Shown piece by piece: positions 1 to 8,029 of a DNA stretch of 64,000 bases (within the stretch, counting starts at the first letter, position 1; every line of letters starts with the position of its first letter). Origin of the DNA: an uncultured Gammaproteobacteria bacterium (GTDB lineage Bacteria > Patescibacteriota > Patescibacteriia > VMEV01 > CAYQCH01); contig CAZDCG010000002.1 in assembly GCA_964503955.1 (NCBI GenBank), positions 269,047 to 333,046 of the forward strand. Direction: 5' to 3'. The translations under genes and the position numbers were made by a program. The notes below the pieces were generated by a model that worked only from the letters and a program-made list of their open reading frames with translations, ran no database searches and had not been told where the DNA came from.

Positions 1-1194
1 CGAGATCTTATTGTTAAGCGTCGCAAAAATCTTTAGCGGTTGTTCCAGGCTGCCAAGGTGTTCGACAGGTTGATGCCCAAGCTTAAGCGACCATCCTTCG
101 TGCATATAGACTTCCAGTTGAGAAAAGGTGGTTTCTCCGTCCGGAACATATACTTTCTCTGTTTCCAGATACTTGATTGCCTCCCCTTCTCTAATCTTCT
201 GAATTTCAAGATCGTTTAGAGCGCTCTGAAGCTGATCCAGCTTTTCCGCGGTTGTCTGAGCTTGCGCAATATTTCTCGCAAGATCATCAAGACTTGAGTC
301 AAGTTCTTTCCCTTCCTCATCGGGCTTTGATTGGCTCGACGGAAGCTGTTCTGGAATGCGCACCTCTTTGGCCTCTACTGGTTTCAATCGAAAAGAATGG
401 ATATGAAGATCAGGGTATTTCTTAAGCTCCTGGTATAAAACCAGGACATTCTGCACTGCAGAGGGGCTCAGGTAACTCTCTCCAAGCTGAGGCTGCTTTT
501 GCTCGGTGTAATCATAGATGATCGGCGTGTCCAGCTTGCGCGCTGCCGCTTCGTCAGGCGCAACAGAGCGGATAACAAGCCCGTTATTATCGAGCGAATA
601 AAATTCGTCTTTATATCCTAGTAATACAGTTGAAAGCTTTTCCTTGATATGGACCGTAACAGATCGAGTAGACCAGTCACGTTCAAAACGTACCTCTTCC
701 ACGCTGACCAGGTCGTTGATTGCCTTGGCAAGCGGTTCAGACCTGAAAAACAGCATGTGGGAACGCCTTATAAGCAGCCATGATCTTTTTGATATCTGTT
801 CATTGACCAGCTCCTCAAGGGTTTCAGCCGGAACATCTTTGGCTCCTTTAACCGATACGGAATCGTAGTAAAAGGTTGTTTTAAAGAAAAGGAAGCCAAA
901 CCATGTGATTGTGATGCTCAGACAGGCAATTTGCGTAATACGTAAACGGCGGCTGCTCATCCATTGAAAAATCGGCAAACGCACGCGTTTTTTCCTGTAC
1001 GGGTTGCTGAATTCCTTTTTTAATACATCTCGTTTCAGGAATGACCGGGTATTAGGTTCGGGGGCTGAACGGCCTTTAACGGGAAGCTGATAAGCGCTGA
1101 TGGTATCGATTTTACGCAAAAGAATTCTTGCCACTACCCAGATGACATTTTGATGACGGTAAAATTTCCTTTTATAACGCGATCTTGGCTTCAT
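1..1194 (-). CDS. ftsQ: FtsQ/DivIB-like cell division protein (3' end outside the window; missing from the ORF track)
   Basis: Hand translation gives an open frame from ATG 1194 (MKPRSRYKRKF) to the window edge. It has a basic N-terminus, one TM helix (IACLSITITWFGFLFF), a POTRA-like segment (VSVKGAKDVPAETL...VEEVRFERDWSTRSVTVHIKEK), then YSLDNNGLVI and LEVYMHEGWSLKL, as in FtsQ-type proteins. Confidence 0.65.
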   Translation of the reverse strand, partial: MKPRSRYKRKFYRHQNVIWVVARILLRKIDTISAYQLPVKGRSAPEPNTRSFLKRDVLKKEFSNPYRKKRVRLPIFQWMSSRRLRITQIACLSITITWFGFLFFKTTFYYDSVSVKGAKDVPAETLEELVNEQISKRSWLLIRRSHMLFFRSEPLAKAINDLVSVEEVRFERDWSTRSVTVHIKEKLSTVLLGYKDEFYSLDNNGLVIRSVAPDEAAARKLDTPIIYDYTEQKQPQLGESYLSPSAVQNVLVLYQELKKYPDLHIHSFRLKPVEAKEVRIPEQLPSSQSKPDEEGKELDSSLDDLARNIAQAQTTAEKLDQLQSALNDLEIQKIREGEAIKYLETEKVYVPDGETTFSQLEVYMHEGWSLKLGHQPVEHLGSLEQPLKIFATLNNKIS

Positions 1195-1196
1195 AA

Positions 1197-2234
1197 TCAG
1201 GTGCGTCGCCACCCAAAACCTCGGCGGACACGGCGCATGGATTCGATCAGGTAGGTGATGAAATAGCGGCCGGACAAGGGTTTGTCATGAGCCGGGACCA
1301 GATAGCGTGCATCCCCTCCAAAACCTTTTTTAAACGTTGTTATGCCATAAAAAGGATGCTTTTTATTATCAGTGTCGATTACTCCCCAAAAGCTATATTC
1401 TTTGCAGCCGCGCCGTTTTGCTTCGAGGATAGCCTGCCATTGGAGAAAATGCGCCACAGGTATTTTGCTTGGAATAGATGCTCCATGATGATAGGAACCC
1501 GCATTTCCATAATACATGATAATGGCTGAGGCTAATGTTTTGCCATCATGCTCGCCATTAAAAACAAGGACCTGATCGTCATTCCGGAACTGTTTAACTT
1601 GTTCGCGATACAGTTCGTCAGGATAAGCAATAAAAGAGTGCCGTTTATGCGTTTCTTTCATGAGCGCAAGAAAGTGGTCCAGTGCTTCCACTTCCGTAGA
1701 CGTATTGATTTTGACTCCGTCTTTTTCCGCCCGTCGTATGAGATTGCGCGTTGTTTTACGCATTTGCTTGAGCAAATCCTGCTCGTCTTGATCAAGATCC
1801 AGCTTCCAGACGAGCTCTGAAAGCATATGAATGGGCGAAATACGGAAGCCGGCTTGCTTTAACATCTCTAATGCCTCCGGTGTCCGTTCCCAGTATGGAG
1901 AAATACGGATAAAATCGAATTTATGCTCTTTCCCCCACTTTGTCAGATAAGCGAAAAGCATAAACACTGCTTCTTTGTTGAGATTGCGCAGAACCGGTCC
2001 ATACGGAATGAAGAGAAAATTACCTCGCCGGGCCCTGATTTGTTCGACAAGGCAGATACCCATCAGCGTGTTCTGCTCATACAATCCAAGGCGCAATGTA
2101 CGGAATCCCAGAGCTTCATTCATCTCGGCGGCATTCCATGATTGGAGAAATGGGGGCAAATCCTGTTCAAGCAGAAAGTGTTCCCAATCAGCTTTATTTT
2201 CGATGGTTTTGATTTGAACACGTTGATTGTTCAT
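1197..2234 (-). CDS. FemAB/FemX-family aminoacyl-tRNA-dependent peptidoglycan bridge transferase
   Basis: FLQSWN, IPYGPV, LKQMRKTTRNLIRRAEKDGV, LQWQAILEAKRRGCKEYSFWGV and GITTFKKGFGG are FemAB family motifs. Confidence 0.9.
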   Translation of the reverse strand: MNNQRVQIKTIENKADWEHFLLEQDLPPFLQSWNAAEMNEALGFRTLRLGLYEQNTLMGICLVEQIRARRGNFLFIPYGPVLRNLNKEAVFMLFAYLTKWGKEHKFDFIRISPYWERTPEALEMLKQAGFRISPIHMLSELVWKLDLDQDEQDLLKQMRKTTRNLIRRAEKDGVKINTSTEVEALDHFLALMKETHKRHSFIAYPDELYREQVKQFRNDDQVLVFNGEHDGKTLASAIIMYYGNAGSYHHGASIPSKIPVAHFLQWQAILEAKRRGCKEYSFWGVIDTDNKKHPFYGITTFKKGFGGDARYLVPAHDKPLSGRYFITYLIESMRRVRRGFGWRRT

Positions 2235-3469
2235 AGCTCATTTTCAAGCAAAGCAAGAAGTCGGCTGCGTTGCTGTTTGGTGAGTTTTCGATGCGTAGGA
2301 AGGTTGAGGCTTGTCTTTGAGAGTTTCTCTGCTCTGGGACAAGTTCCCATGGCATACCCTATTTTTTCCCACATAACGGGTTTGGGAACGATAACTTGAT
2401 TATACCAGTCTCCAAGAAGAAATCCCTGTTTCTGAAAGCGAAGAATCATATGTTCCGGGTCTTCAACCTGCAAAGCGAATCGCAGGTAGACAGGGCTTGT
2501 TTGCGGCTCAACCTGCTGAAACGGAATAGCTTTCTTTTCACAGAACTCAGTATAAGCTTTTGCGTGCGCTCTTCTGATTTCATTGAGACGATGCAGCTCA
2601 TCCAGCTGCTGTTTCGCTAATCTGGCCATGCTTTGAGGCATCAGATACATTGTTTCTTTTGACGATTCGCTTGCGTACTCTTCAGGAGAATAAACTTTAT
2701 TGAGAAGGCGCAATCTTTGACAGATTCTAATCAGGATTTGTCCTATTTTAACGTTGTTCTGAAGACGGCTGAAAACAGGCATGAAGGCTGCATGGAAGAG
2801 ATTTTGCAATACCCAAAAACGCCGAGGACTTGGTAAATCACTCGTAATTTCTGCCATTCGCCTATGAAGATCCTGATTGTTGACCAGAGCCGCGCCTCCT
2901 GAAATGCTGGAGATGATTTTATCCCTTCCAAAGCTGAAAATGGCAATATCGCCGAATGTTCCGACAAGCCTGTTTTTGAAACTGGCGCCAAGGGCATGCG
3001 CGCAATCTTCGATCAGGTAGAGCTTATGCTCTTTGCAAATGGAAAGCAGCTCTTCGATATTGCCGGGGATTCCAAATGTATGCTGTACGATGATGGCTTT
3101 TGTTTTCTCCGTGATCAATGATCGCACTTGATTTGGGTCAATATTGTATGTCTTATCAATATCGGCAAAAACCGGCTTTGCGCCGTTCCATATCACCGCG
3201 TGAGGGACAACAAGACAAGTATAGCCCTGGAGAATGACTTCATCCCCTTCCCCTATTCCGCAAGCTTGAATGGCGGCGAATAATGCTTCTCTTCCTTTAG
3301 AAAACGCAAATCCTTTGCCTGAAGCTCCGTGCAGATCTTCAAATGCATGAACAAAAGCTTGTACGTGCTTTCCGGGTCGTTTTCGCAGCCAGGAGCCGCT
3401 TGCCAATAGGCGCAATGAGAGGAGTTGCTGCCGGATCGTGCTGTTTGGGGCATGTGAAATGGAAATCAT
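2231..3469 (-). CDS. DegT/DnrJ/EryC1/StrS PLP-dependent aminotransferase
   Basis: GIGEGDEVI, KAIIVQHTFG, LIEDCAHALGA, FSFGRDKIISSISGG (PLP lysine), LNLPTH. Overlaps both neighbours by 4 bp. Confidence 0.9.
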   Translation of the reverse strand: MISISHAPNSTIRQQLLSLRLLASGSWLRKRPGKHVQAFVHAFEDLHGASGKGFAFSKGREALFAAIQACGIGEGDEVILQGYTCLVVPHAVIWNGAKPVFADIDKTYNIDPNQVRSLITEKTKAIIVQHTFGIPGNIEELLSICKEHKLYLIEDCAHALGASFKNRLVGTFGDIAIFSFGRDKIISSISGGAALVNNQDLHRRMAEITSDLPSPRRFWVLQNLFHAAFMPVFSRLQNNVKIGQILIRICQRLRLLNKVYSPEEYASESSKETMYLMPQSMARLAKQQLDELHRLNEIRRAHAKAYTEFCEKKAIPFQQVEPQTSPVYLRFALQVEDPEHMILRFQKQGFLLGDWYNQVIVPKPVMWEKIGYAMGTCPRAEKLSKTSLNLPTHRKLTKQQRSRLLALLENEL

Positions 3470-5082
3470 ACGTTCTTGAGATACTGCCGAAGCATGGCAA
3501 GAATTTTTGCGGCTCCCCTTCCCTCAAACAAAATAATGGTCTGGTCATCGCAAAGCTCAGCCAGGCGCTTTAATTCGCTTTGCTGCAAAAGGCGGTCTTG
3601 TGAAAACCCGGCGGCTAAAAGCTCGTGCTCGATGATATCATGCTGCGGGGTGGAAAGAATCATGGCGTAATTCGCTGTTTCAGCGATTTTTCTCGCGATT
3701 CGGCGATGGTCTTCATTCGCTTGATCCCCAAGTTCAATAACCTGGTCAAATACGACGATTTTGCGTTTTGTGGTTAGCATGGCAAGATCAGTCAATGATG
3801 TCAGAATGCCATAGGTGTTTGCATTATACGTGTCATTGATGATCAAGGATCCATTCAATTCCTGGATCTCCATTGTGCCTGGCAGAGTTGGAAGGTTATT
3901 TAACGCAGACTGAATCGTCTCTTGCGGCAAACCGATTGACCTGGCAACGGCAATCGCACCCGCCAGATTTGTCAGATGGCCGCGGCCAAAGATTGGTGCT
4001 TCGTAATCTGCTCCGTCCAACGAAAAGACTGTTTTACCTGAGGCAAAACGAACGCTCTCGGCCTTAAAATCTGATCCTTCAATGACGCTGAACGTTTTTG
4101 GTAGCATATCCCTTCTTGAGAAGGCCTGCATAAGCGGCTGGCTATCTGCATTGGCAAAAATTTGTTTTTCATCGCCTATTGCTTCAACTAATTCAAACTT
4201 CGTTTGTTCTATTTCCGCGAGAGAACCAAACAACGATAAGTGCTGATTGGACAACCCCGTAAGAACACCGTAGGACGGCGAAACCAGCTCGCAAATGCGG
4301 GCAATCTCCCCTTTTCGATAGGCACCCATCTCAACGACAAAAAACTGATGATCCGGGTGAAGCTCATCAATAATTAACTTTGCAATTCCCGCATCCACAT
4401 TCAGGTGTTCAGGTGTTTTTAGCACCTTATGCGTGGACGAGAGCAAGTGCGAAAGGTAATCTTTCATGGTTGTTTTTCCATAGCTGCCGGTGATCCCGAT
4501 GACAACAAGCTTTGGATGCGATTTGATTTTCTGCCGGGCCTTTGCCATTCGTTTTCTCATAAGCAGCAGATTCGGCAAAAAGGCAATGCCAAAGAGCAAA
4601 AGAACAATGAAGGGCTGAAGAATTTCAAGAACAAGCAATTGTTCCGGCCAGAACTGGTATTGATAGGCAATCCATATCTCCAATGCCAGTGCCGCGACAA
4701 AGAGAAACCAGATTTTTTTTGTGAATGCGGGAAGCCTGAGCATTTTTCGGCGGTATTGATGGATGGAATGGAGAACCTGAACAAGGAAAAAGAGGCTTAG
4801 GGCGACAAAAAGCAAATCAAAGACACCTTTTGGACTTGGGATATTGGCGCGGAGCAAGAGCTCCCAGGCGAGAAGAAATCCGATCAGAACTGAACGGTAG
4901 GAAGAAAAAAATAACTTCCAGAAAACAGGGGTCTTCATTTCATCAAAAATTCTGTCCGGACGATACTGCTTTAGCTGGATATAGTGGAGCCAAATCAAAA
5001 TACTGCGTCCAGCTGCGGCGATCCACAGCAGGCTGAATAGAAAAAGCGCGTACTGAAAATAAAGATGAACGAGTTGATTCAT
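3466..5082 (-). CDS. murF: MurF-like Mur ligase with an N-terminal multi-pass membrane domain
   Basis: GITGSYGKTTMK P-loop, FFVVEMGAY, IINDTYNAN, VIELG. The first ~175 aa hold about five hydrophobic helices. Confidence 0.75.
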   Translation of the reverse strand: MNQLVHLYFQYALFLFSLLWIAAAGRSILIWLHYIQLKQYRPDRIFDEMKTPVFWKLFFSSYRSVLIGFLLAWELLLRANIPSPKGVFDLLFVALSLFFLVQVLHSIHQYRRKMLRLPAFTKKIWFLFVAALALEIWIAYQYQFWPEQLLVLEILQPFIVLLLFGIAFLPNLLLMRKRMAKARQKIKSHPKLVVIGITGSYGKTTMKDYLSHLLSSTHKVLKTPEHLNVDAGIAKLIIDELHPDHQFFVVEMGAYRKGEIARICELVSPSYGVLTGLSNQHLSLFGSLAEIEQTKFELVEAIGDEKQIFANADSQPLMQAFSRRDMLPKTFSVIEGSDFKAESVRFASGKTVFSLDGADYEAPIFGRGHLTNLAGAIAVARSIGLPQETIQSALNNLPTLPGTMEIQELNGSLIINDTYNANTYGILTSLTDLAMLTTKRKIVVFDQVIELGDQANEDHRRIARKIAETANYAMILSTPQHDIIEHELLAAGFSQDRLLQQSELKRLAELCDDQTIILFEGRGAAKILAMLRQYLKNV

Positions 5083-5084
5083 GG

Positions 5085-5870
5085 CTACGTGGTTGATTGC
5101 CGGCGCACAAAAGCGTCTATTTCCTTCGCAAGCTCTTGCGGAATAAGGCGGACCAGATTATGTTTTTGTCCTTGAAATGTCGTAAGCGTGCTGTTTGGAA
5201 TCAAGGCGTGCATTTTCTCCGCGTCGGACAAAGGCGTGGCACCGTCTTCTGTTCCCCACAAAAGCAGGGTTTCAAGCGTGATTTGCGGCAAGAATGGACT
5301 AAGATCTTCTTCCAATACTTTGACAATAGTCTGCTTCATCACGCCTGTGGCATTGAAATAATCTTTCGATCCCGCCAAACGGTACAAGAGTTTCTTTGCT
5401 GCGGTTTCAGCCATTCTGACTCCAGGAAGGCGGAATAGCTTCTTGCCAGCCCGCGCTGCGATCGACAAAGCTTTCCGTTTAGGCGTGCGGTCATTCGTTT
5501 TGATGCCGGCTGATGCGCAGAGAATCAGCTTTTCAATCTGATAGGCGTGGTTGATTGCATACTTGATGGAAACACGTCCGCCAAAAGAATGGCCGAACAG
5601 GATCATGGACTTGATGTTTTTTGCCTCAAGAAATGCATGTACCCAGTCTCGGTAATCGGAAACCTTCCACGCCTGCGGCGGCGGAGGTGTCTGCCCAAAG
5701 CCGGGAAAATCGGGAACAATGACCGTATACCCATGCTTTGCCAATGCAGGTCCAAGCTCCGTGTAATGCGAAGAATCTGCCGGCCATCCATGAAGCATGA
5801 GAATGGTTCTTGAACCATTCCCCCATTCCCGATAATGCGCTTTTGTTCCGTTAACGGCGACACTGGGCAT
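5085..5870 (-). CDS. alpha/beta-fold hydrolase
   Basis: LHGWP, PDFPGFG, GHSFGG nucleophile elbow, WGTEDGATP, KHNL. Start moved to ATG 5870 (MPSVAVNG), right after the serS stop. Confidence 0.9.
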   Translation of the reverse strand: MPSVAVNGTKAHYREWGNGSRTILMLHGWPADSSHYTELGPALAKHGYTVIVPDFPGFGQTPPPPQAWKVSDYRDWVHAFLEAKNIKSMILFGHSFGGRVSIKYAINHAYQIEKLILCASAGIKTNDRTPKRKALSIAARAGKKLFRLPGVRMAETAAKKLLYRLAGSKDYFNATGVMKQTIVKVLEEDLSPFLPQITLETLLLWGTEDGATPLSDAEKMHALIPNSTLTTFQGQKHNLVRLIPQELAKEIDAFVRRQSTT

Positions 5871-5871
5871 T

Positions 5872-7158
5872 TTATTGGTTATTAATCGACTCCTTGCCGT
5901 CCATATACGGACGCAGAGCCTGAGGGATATAGATAGACCCGTCTTTTCTTTGATGATTTTCAAGAAGCGGAATCAGAATACGCGGAGTGGCAACAAGCGT
6001 ATTGTTGAGTGTATGGCAAACCTTCATTTCGTCGCCGTCTTTATAGCGGATATTCAGCCGGCGCGCCTGCCAATCGCCCAGATAGGAAGCAGAATGCGTT
6101 TCCCCGTAACTGTTGCGCGACGGCATCCATGTTTCGATGTCATACATGGAGACCTTTCCTGCTCCCATATCTCCCGTCGCGATGCGTAAGACACGATAAG
6201 GCAGCTCCAGGCTCGAGAGGAAATCCTCCGCGTTTTTGACCAGCTGCTCAAGCATATCAAGACCAGCTTCTTCATCCGCTTTCATGATCACAACTTGCTC
6301 AACTTTCTGGAATTGTTTTACGCGATACAGTCCATGCGCATCCTTGCCATAGCTGCCCACTTCCGTGCGGAAACATGCCGTAGCCGCGCAATAGAGGCGA
6401 GGAAGATGGCCAGACTCCAGCACCTCATCCGCGTGATAGCCGCAAAGAGGCACTTCAGACGTGCCGATCAAATAGAACGGCGGCTCTTCACGGTCCGTTT
6501 TCTGATCAAAGACGCGGAATGTTTCAGCTTCGGCAAAGGGAAAATGCCCGCTCCCCTGAAAAAAGCGTTCCTTTGCCAAAACAGGGACGTTTAGTTGCGT
6601 AAAGCCGCGCTGTCGAAGGAATGAAAGCGCGTATTGCTGCAAGGCCGTTTCAAGCTGAGCAGCTTCGTTTTTTAGCACAAATCCCCTTGTCCCCATGAGT
6701 TTGACGCCTCGCTCGACATCAATCAGGTCATGCATGAAACCAAGTTCGATATGGTCCTTGGGGGCAAAATCAAAGTCAGGCTTCTCCCCGACTTCTCTGA
6801 CAACGGTATTTGCTTCTTCACCTCCAACCGGCGCAGACGGATGAGGAATTTGAGGGATACGCAAAAGGAGGTTCTTGTATTCATCATCCACGTTCTGAAG
6901 AGCATCTTTTGCTGCATGCACTCTATTTGCGATTTCCTTCATCTCACTGATCATCGCCGCTTTTTCTTCTCCTTTTGCTGAGGCGATATTGTCCGAAGCC
7001 CTGTTTTGGACGGCCTTTAGCTCCTCGTATTCTTTAAGCAGATTTCGTCTTGATTCATCCAACTCCAGAAATCTGGACAGATCCAGTTCAATGTTCTTTT
7101 TGGAGATCGCATCTTCTACAAGCTCCCGATGTTCCCGGACAAAGCGAATGTCTAGCAT
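5872..7158 (-). CDS. serS: seryl-tRNA synthetase
   Basis: MLDIRFVRE start (ATG 7158), N-terminal coiled coil, LIGTSEVPL, CFRTEVGSYGKD, KVEQV, HTLNNTLVATPR. Confidence 0.97.
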   Translation of the reverse strand: MLDIRFVREHRELVEDAISKKNIELDLSRFLELDESRRNLLKEYEELKAVQNRASDNIASAKGEEKAAMISEMKEIANRVHAAKDALQNVDDEYKNLLLRIPQIPHPSAPVGGEEANTVVREVGEKPDFDFAPKDHIELGFMHDLIDVERGVKLMGTRGFVLKNEAAQLETALQQYALSFLRQRGFTQLNVPVLAKERFFQGSGHFPFAEAETFRVFDQKTDREEPPFYLIGTSEVPLCGYHADEVLESGHLPRLYCAATACFRTEVGSYGKDAHGLYRVKQFQKVEQVVIMKADEEAGLDMLEQLVKNAEDFLSSLELPYRVLRIATGDMGAGKVSMYDIETWMPSRNSYGETHSASYLGDWQARRLNIRYKDGDEMKVCHTLNNTLVATPRILIPLLENHQRKDGSIYIPQALRPYMDGKESINNQ

Positions 7159-7164
7159 ATATGA

Positions 7165-7206
7165 GCAAAAAGCTCGGGAAACGTGTGATATTTCGAGCTT
7201 TTTTGC
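7165..7206. terminator. Terminator-like hairpin in the serS leader
   Basis: AAAAAGCTCG (7167-7176) pairs with CGAGCTTTTT (7194-7203), giving U-runs on both strands. It ends a few nt before the serS ATG. Confidence 0.5.
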
Positions 7207-7222
7207 GGAAAAATGTGGATGT

Positions 7223-7231
7223 ATCTTACCA
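7223..7231 (-). promoter_or_regulatory. Putative extended -10 promoter for serS
   Basis: The minus strand reads TG-G-TAAGAT about 65 nt upstream of the serS ATG. Confidence 0.4.
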
Positions 7232-7258
7232 GAATTGCCCTGATTTGCCCAGAAATAC

Positions 7259-7300
7259 TTGACATTTAATAAGAAATATGATACAAAATATTTCTGGAGG
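7259..7300 (+). promoter_or_regulatory. Sigma70-type promoter and Shine-Dalgarno for the small plus-strand gene
   Basis: TTGACA (7259-7264), 17-bp spacer ending in TGn, TACAAA (7282-7287), GGAGG (7296-7300), ATG at 7305. Confidence 0.7.
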
Positions 7301-7304
7301 TCAA

Positions 7305-7532
7305 ATGAAGAAGTCACGCAAGTATCTGGCTGGGTTTCTGGCTCTTTCGTCCATTCCGATGCTTGGGTTCACCTGGATCCTAAGCATGCACATGATTATC
7401 TTCGCCGGCTTTATCCTCATGGGACCTAAGGAGGAGAAGCTTGGCGAGTCGGTCACGAGGGCCGGCCGGTGGTGGCTTAATATGTCTCTCATCGCTCTGG
7501 CTGGTGTCATCCTGATGAGCCTGCTGCGATGA
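7305..7532 (+). CDS. Small hydrophobic membrane protein (75 aa), unknown function
   Basis: Fills the gap between divergent serS and a convergent gene. It has a promoter, SD and downstream hairpin, a basic N-terminus (MKKSRK) and 2-3 hydrophobic segments. Confidence 0.7.
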   Translation: MKKSRKYLAGFLALSSIPMLGFTWILSMHMIIFAGFILMGPKEEKLGESVTRAGRWWLNMSLIALAGVILMSLLR

Positions 7533-7551
7533 GCCGGCTGATCAACACCAT

Positions 7552-7599
7552 ACTCCGCTTTTGCTCCGTCCTCCCCGGACCTGCGAAAGCGGAGTTTTG
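7552..7599 (+). terminator. Long hairpin terminator between convergent genes
   Basis: ACTCCGCTTTTGC (7552-7564) pairs with GCGAAAGCGGAGT (7583-7595), with an inner TCCG/CGGA stem and a following T-run. Confidence 0.65.
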
Positions 7600-7601
7600 C
7601 G

Positions 7602-8024
7602 TTATGAAAGCGATTGCCACTCCTCTTCCCTCAGCTTGGACGTTTTGTATAATTCAGGATGATACGCCTCAAGACGCACAATCCGTGCATGGATTCCTCG
7701 CGCTTTCAACTCGCTTTCCAGTTGATCGGTAAACGCTCTCTGATCATACCCAAGCGCGATGATGTCCGGGTTGATTGTTTCGATGATTCTGTACTTATCA
7801 TCCGGATCTCCCAGGTAGGCGGCTTTTACCAGCGGGTGGTTTTCAACCATGTTTTTTCTCTCTGTCTGGCTGAAACGAGGTTGTTTCTGTTTCACTTTAC
7901 GAACCGTGGAATCAAGCGCGATCACGGCATGAAGCTCATTACCAAGAGCTGCTGCCTGGGCAAAAAAATTCTCGTGGCCGGGATGAATACCGTCAAATGT
8001 GCCGAAGACAAGCACTTTTTTCAT
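7602..8024 (-). CDS. Cytidyltransferase-superfamily nucleotidyltransferase (RibL-like FAD synthase / TagD-like)
   Basis: VFGTFDGIHPGH (HxGH), PDIIALGYDQ, C-terminal YKTSKL. Stand-alone 140 aa. Confidence 0.8.
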   Translation of the reverse strand: MKKVLVFGTFDGIHPGHENFFAQAAALGNELHAVIALDSTVRKVKQKQPRFSQTERKNMVENHPLVKAAYLGDPDDKYRIIETINPDIIALGYDQRAFTDQLESELKARGIHARIVRLEAYHPELYKTSKLREEEWQSLS

Positions 8025-8029
8025 ACAAT

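Noticed and set aside
7159-7260. T-box riboswitch upstream of serS
   Set aside because: The leader is far too short and lacks the T-box consensus and specifier stem.
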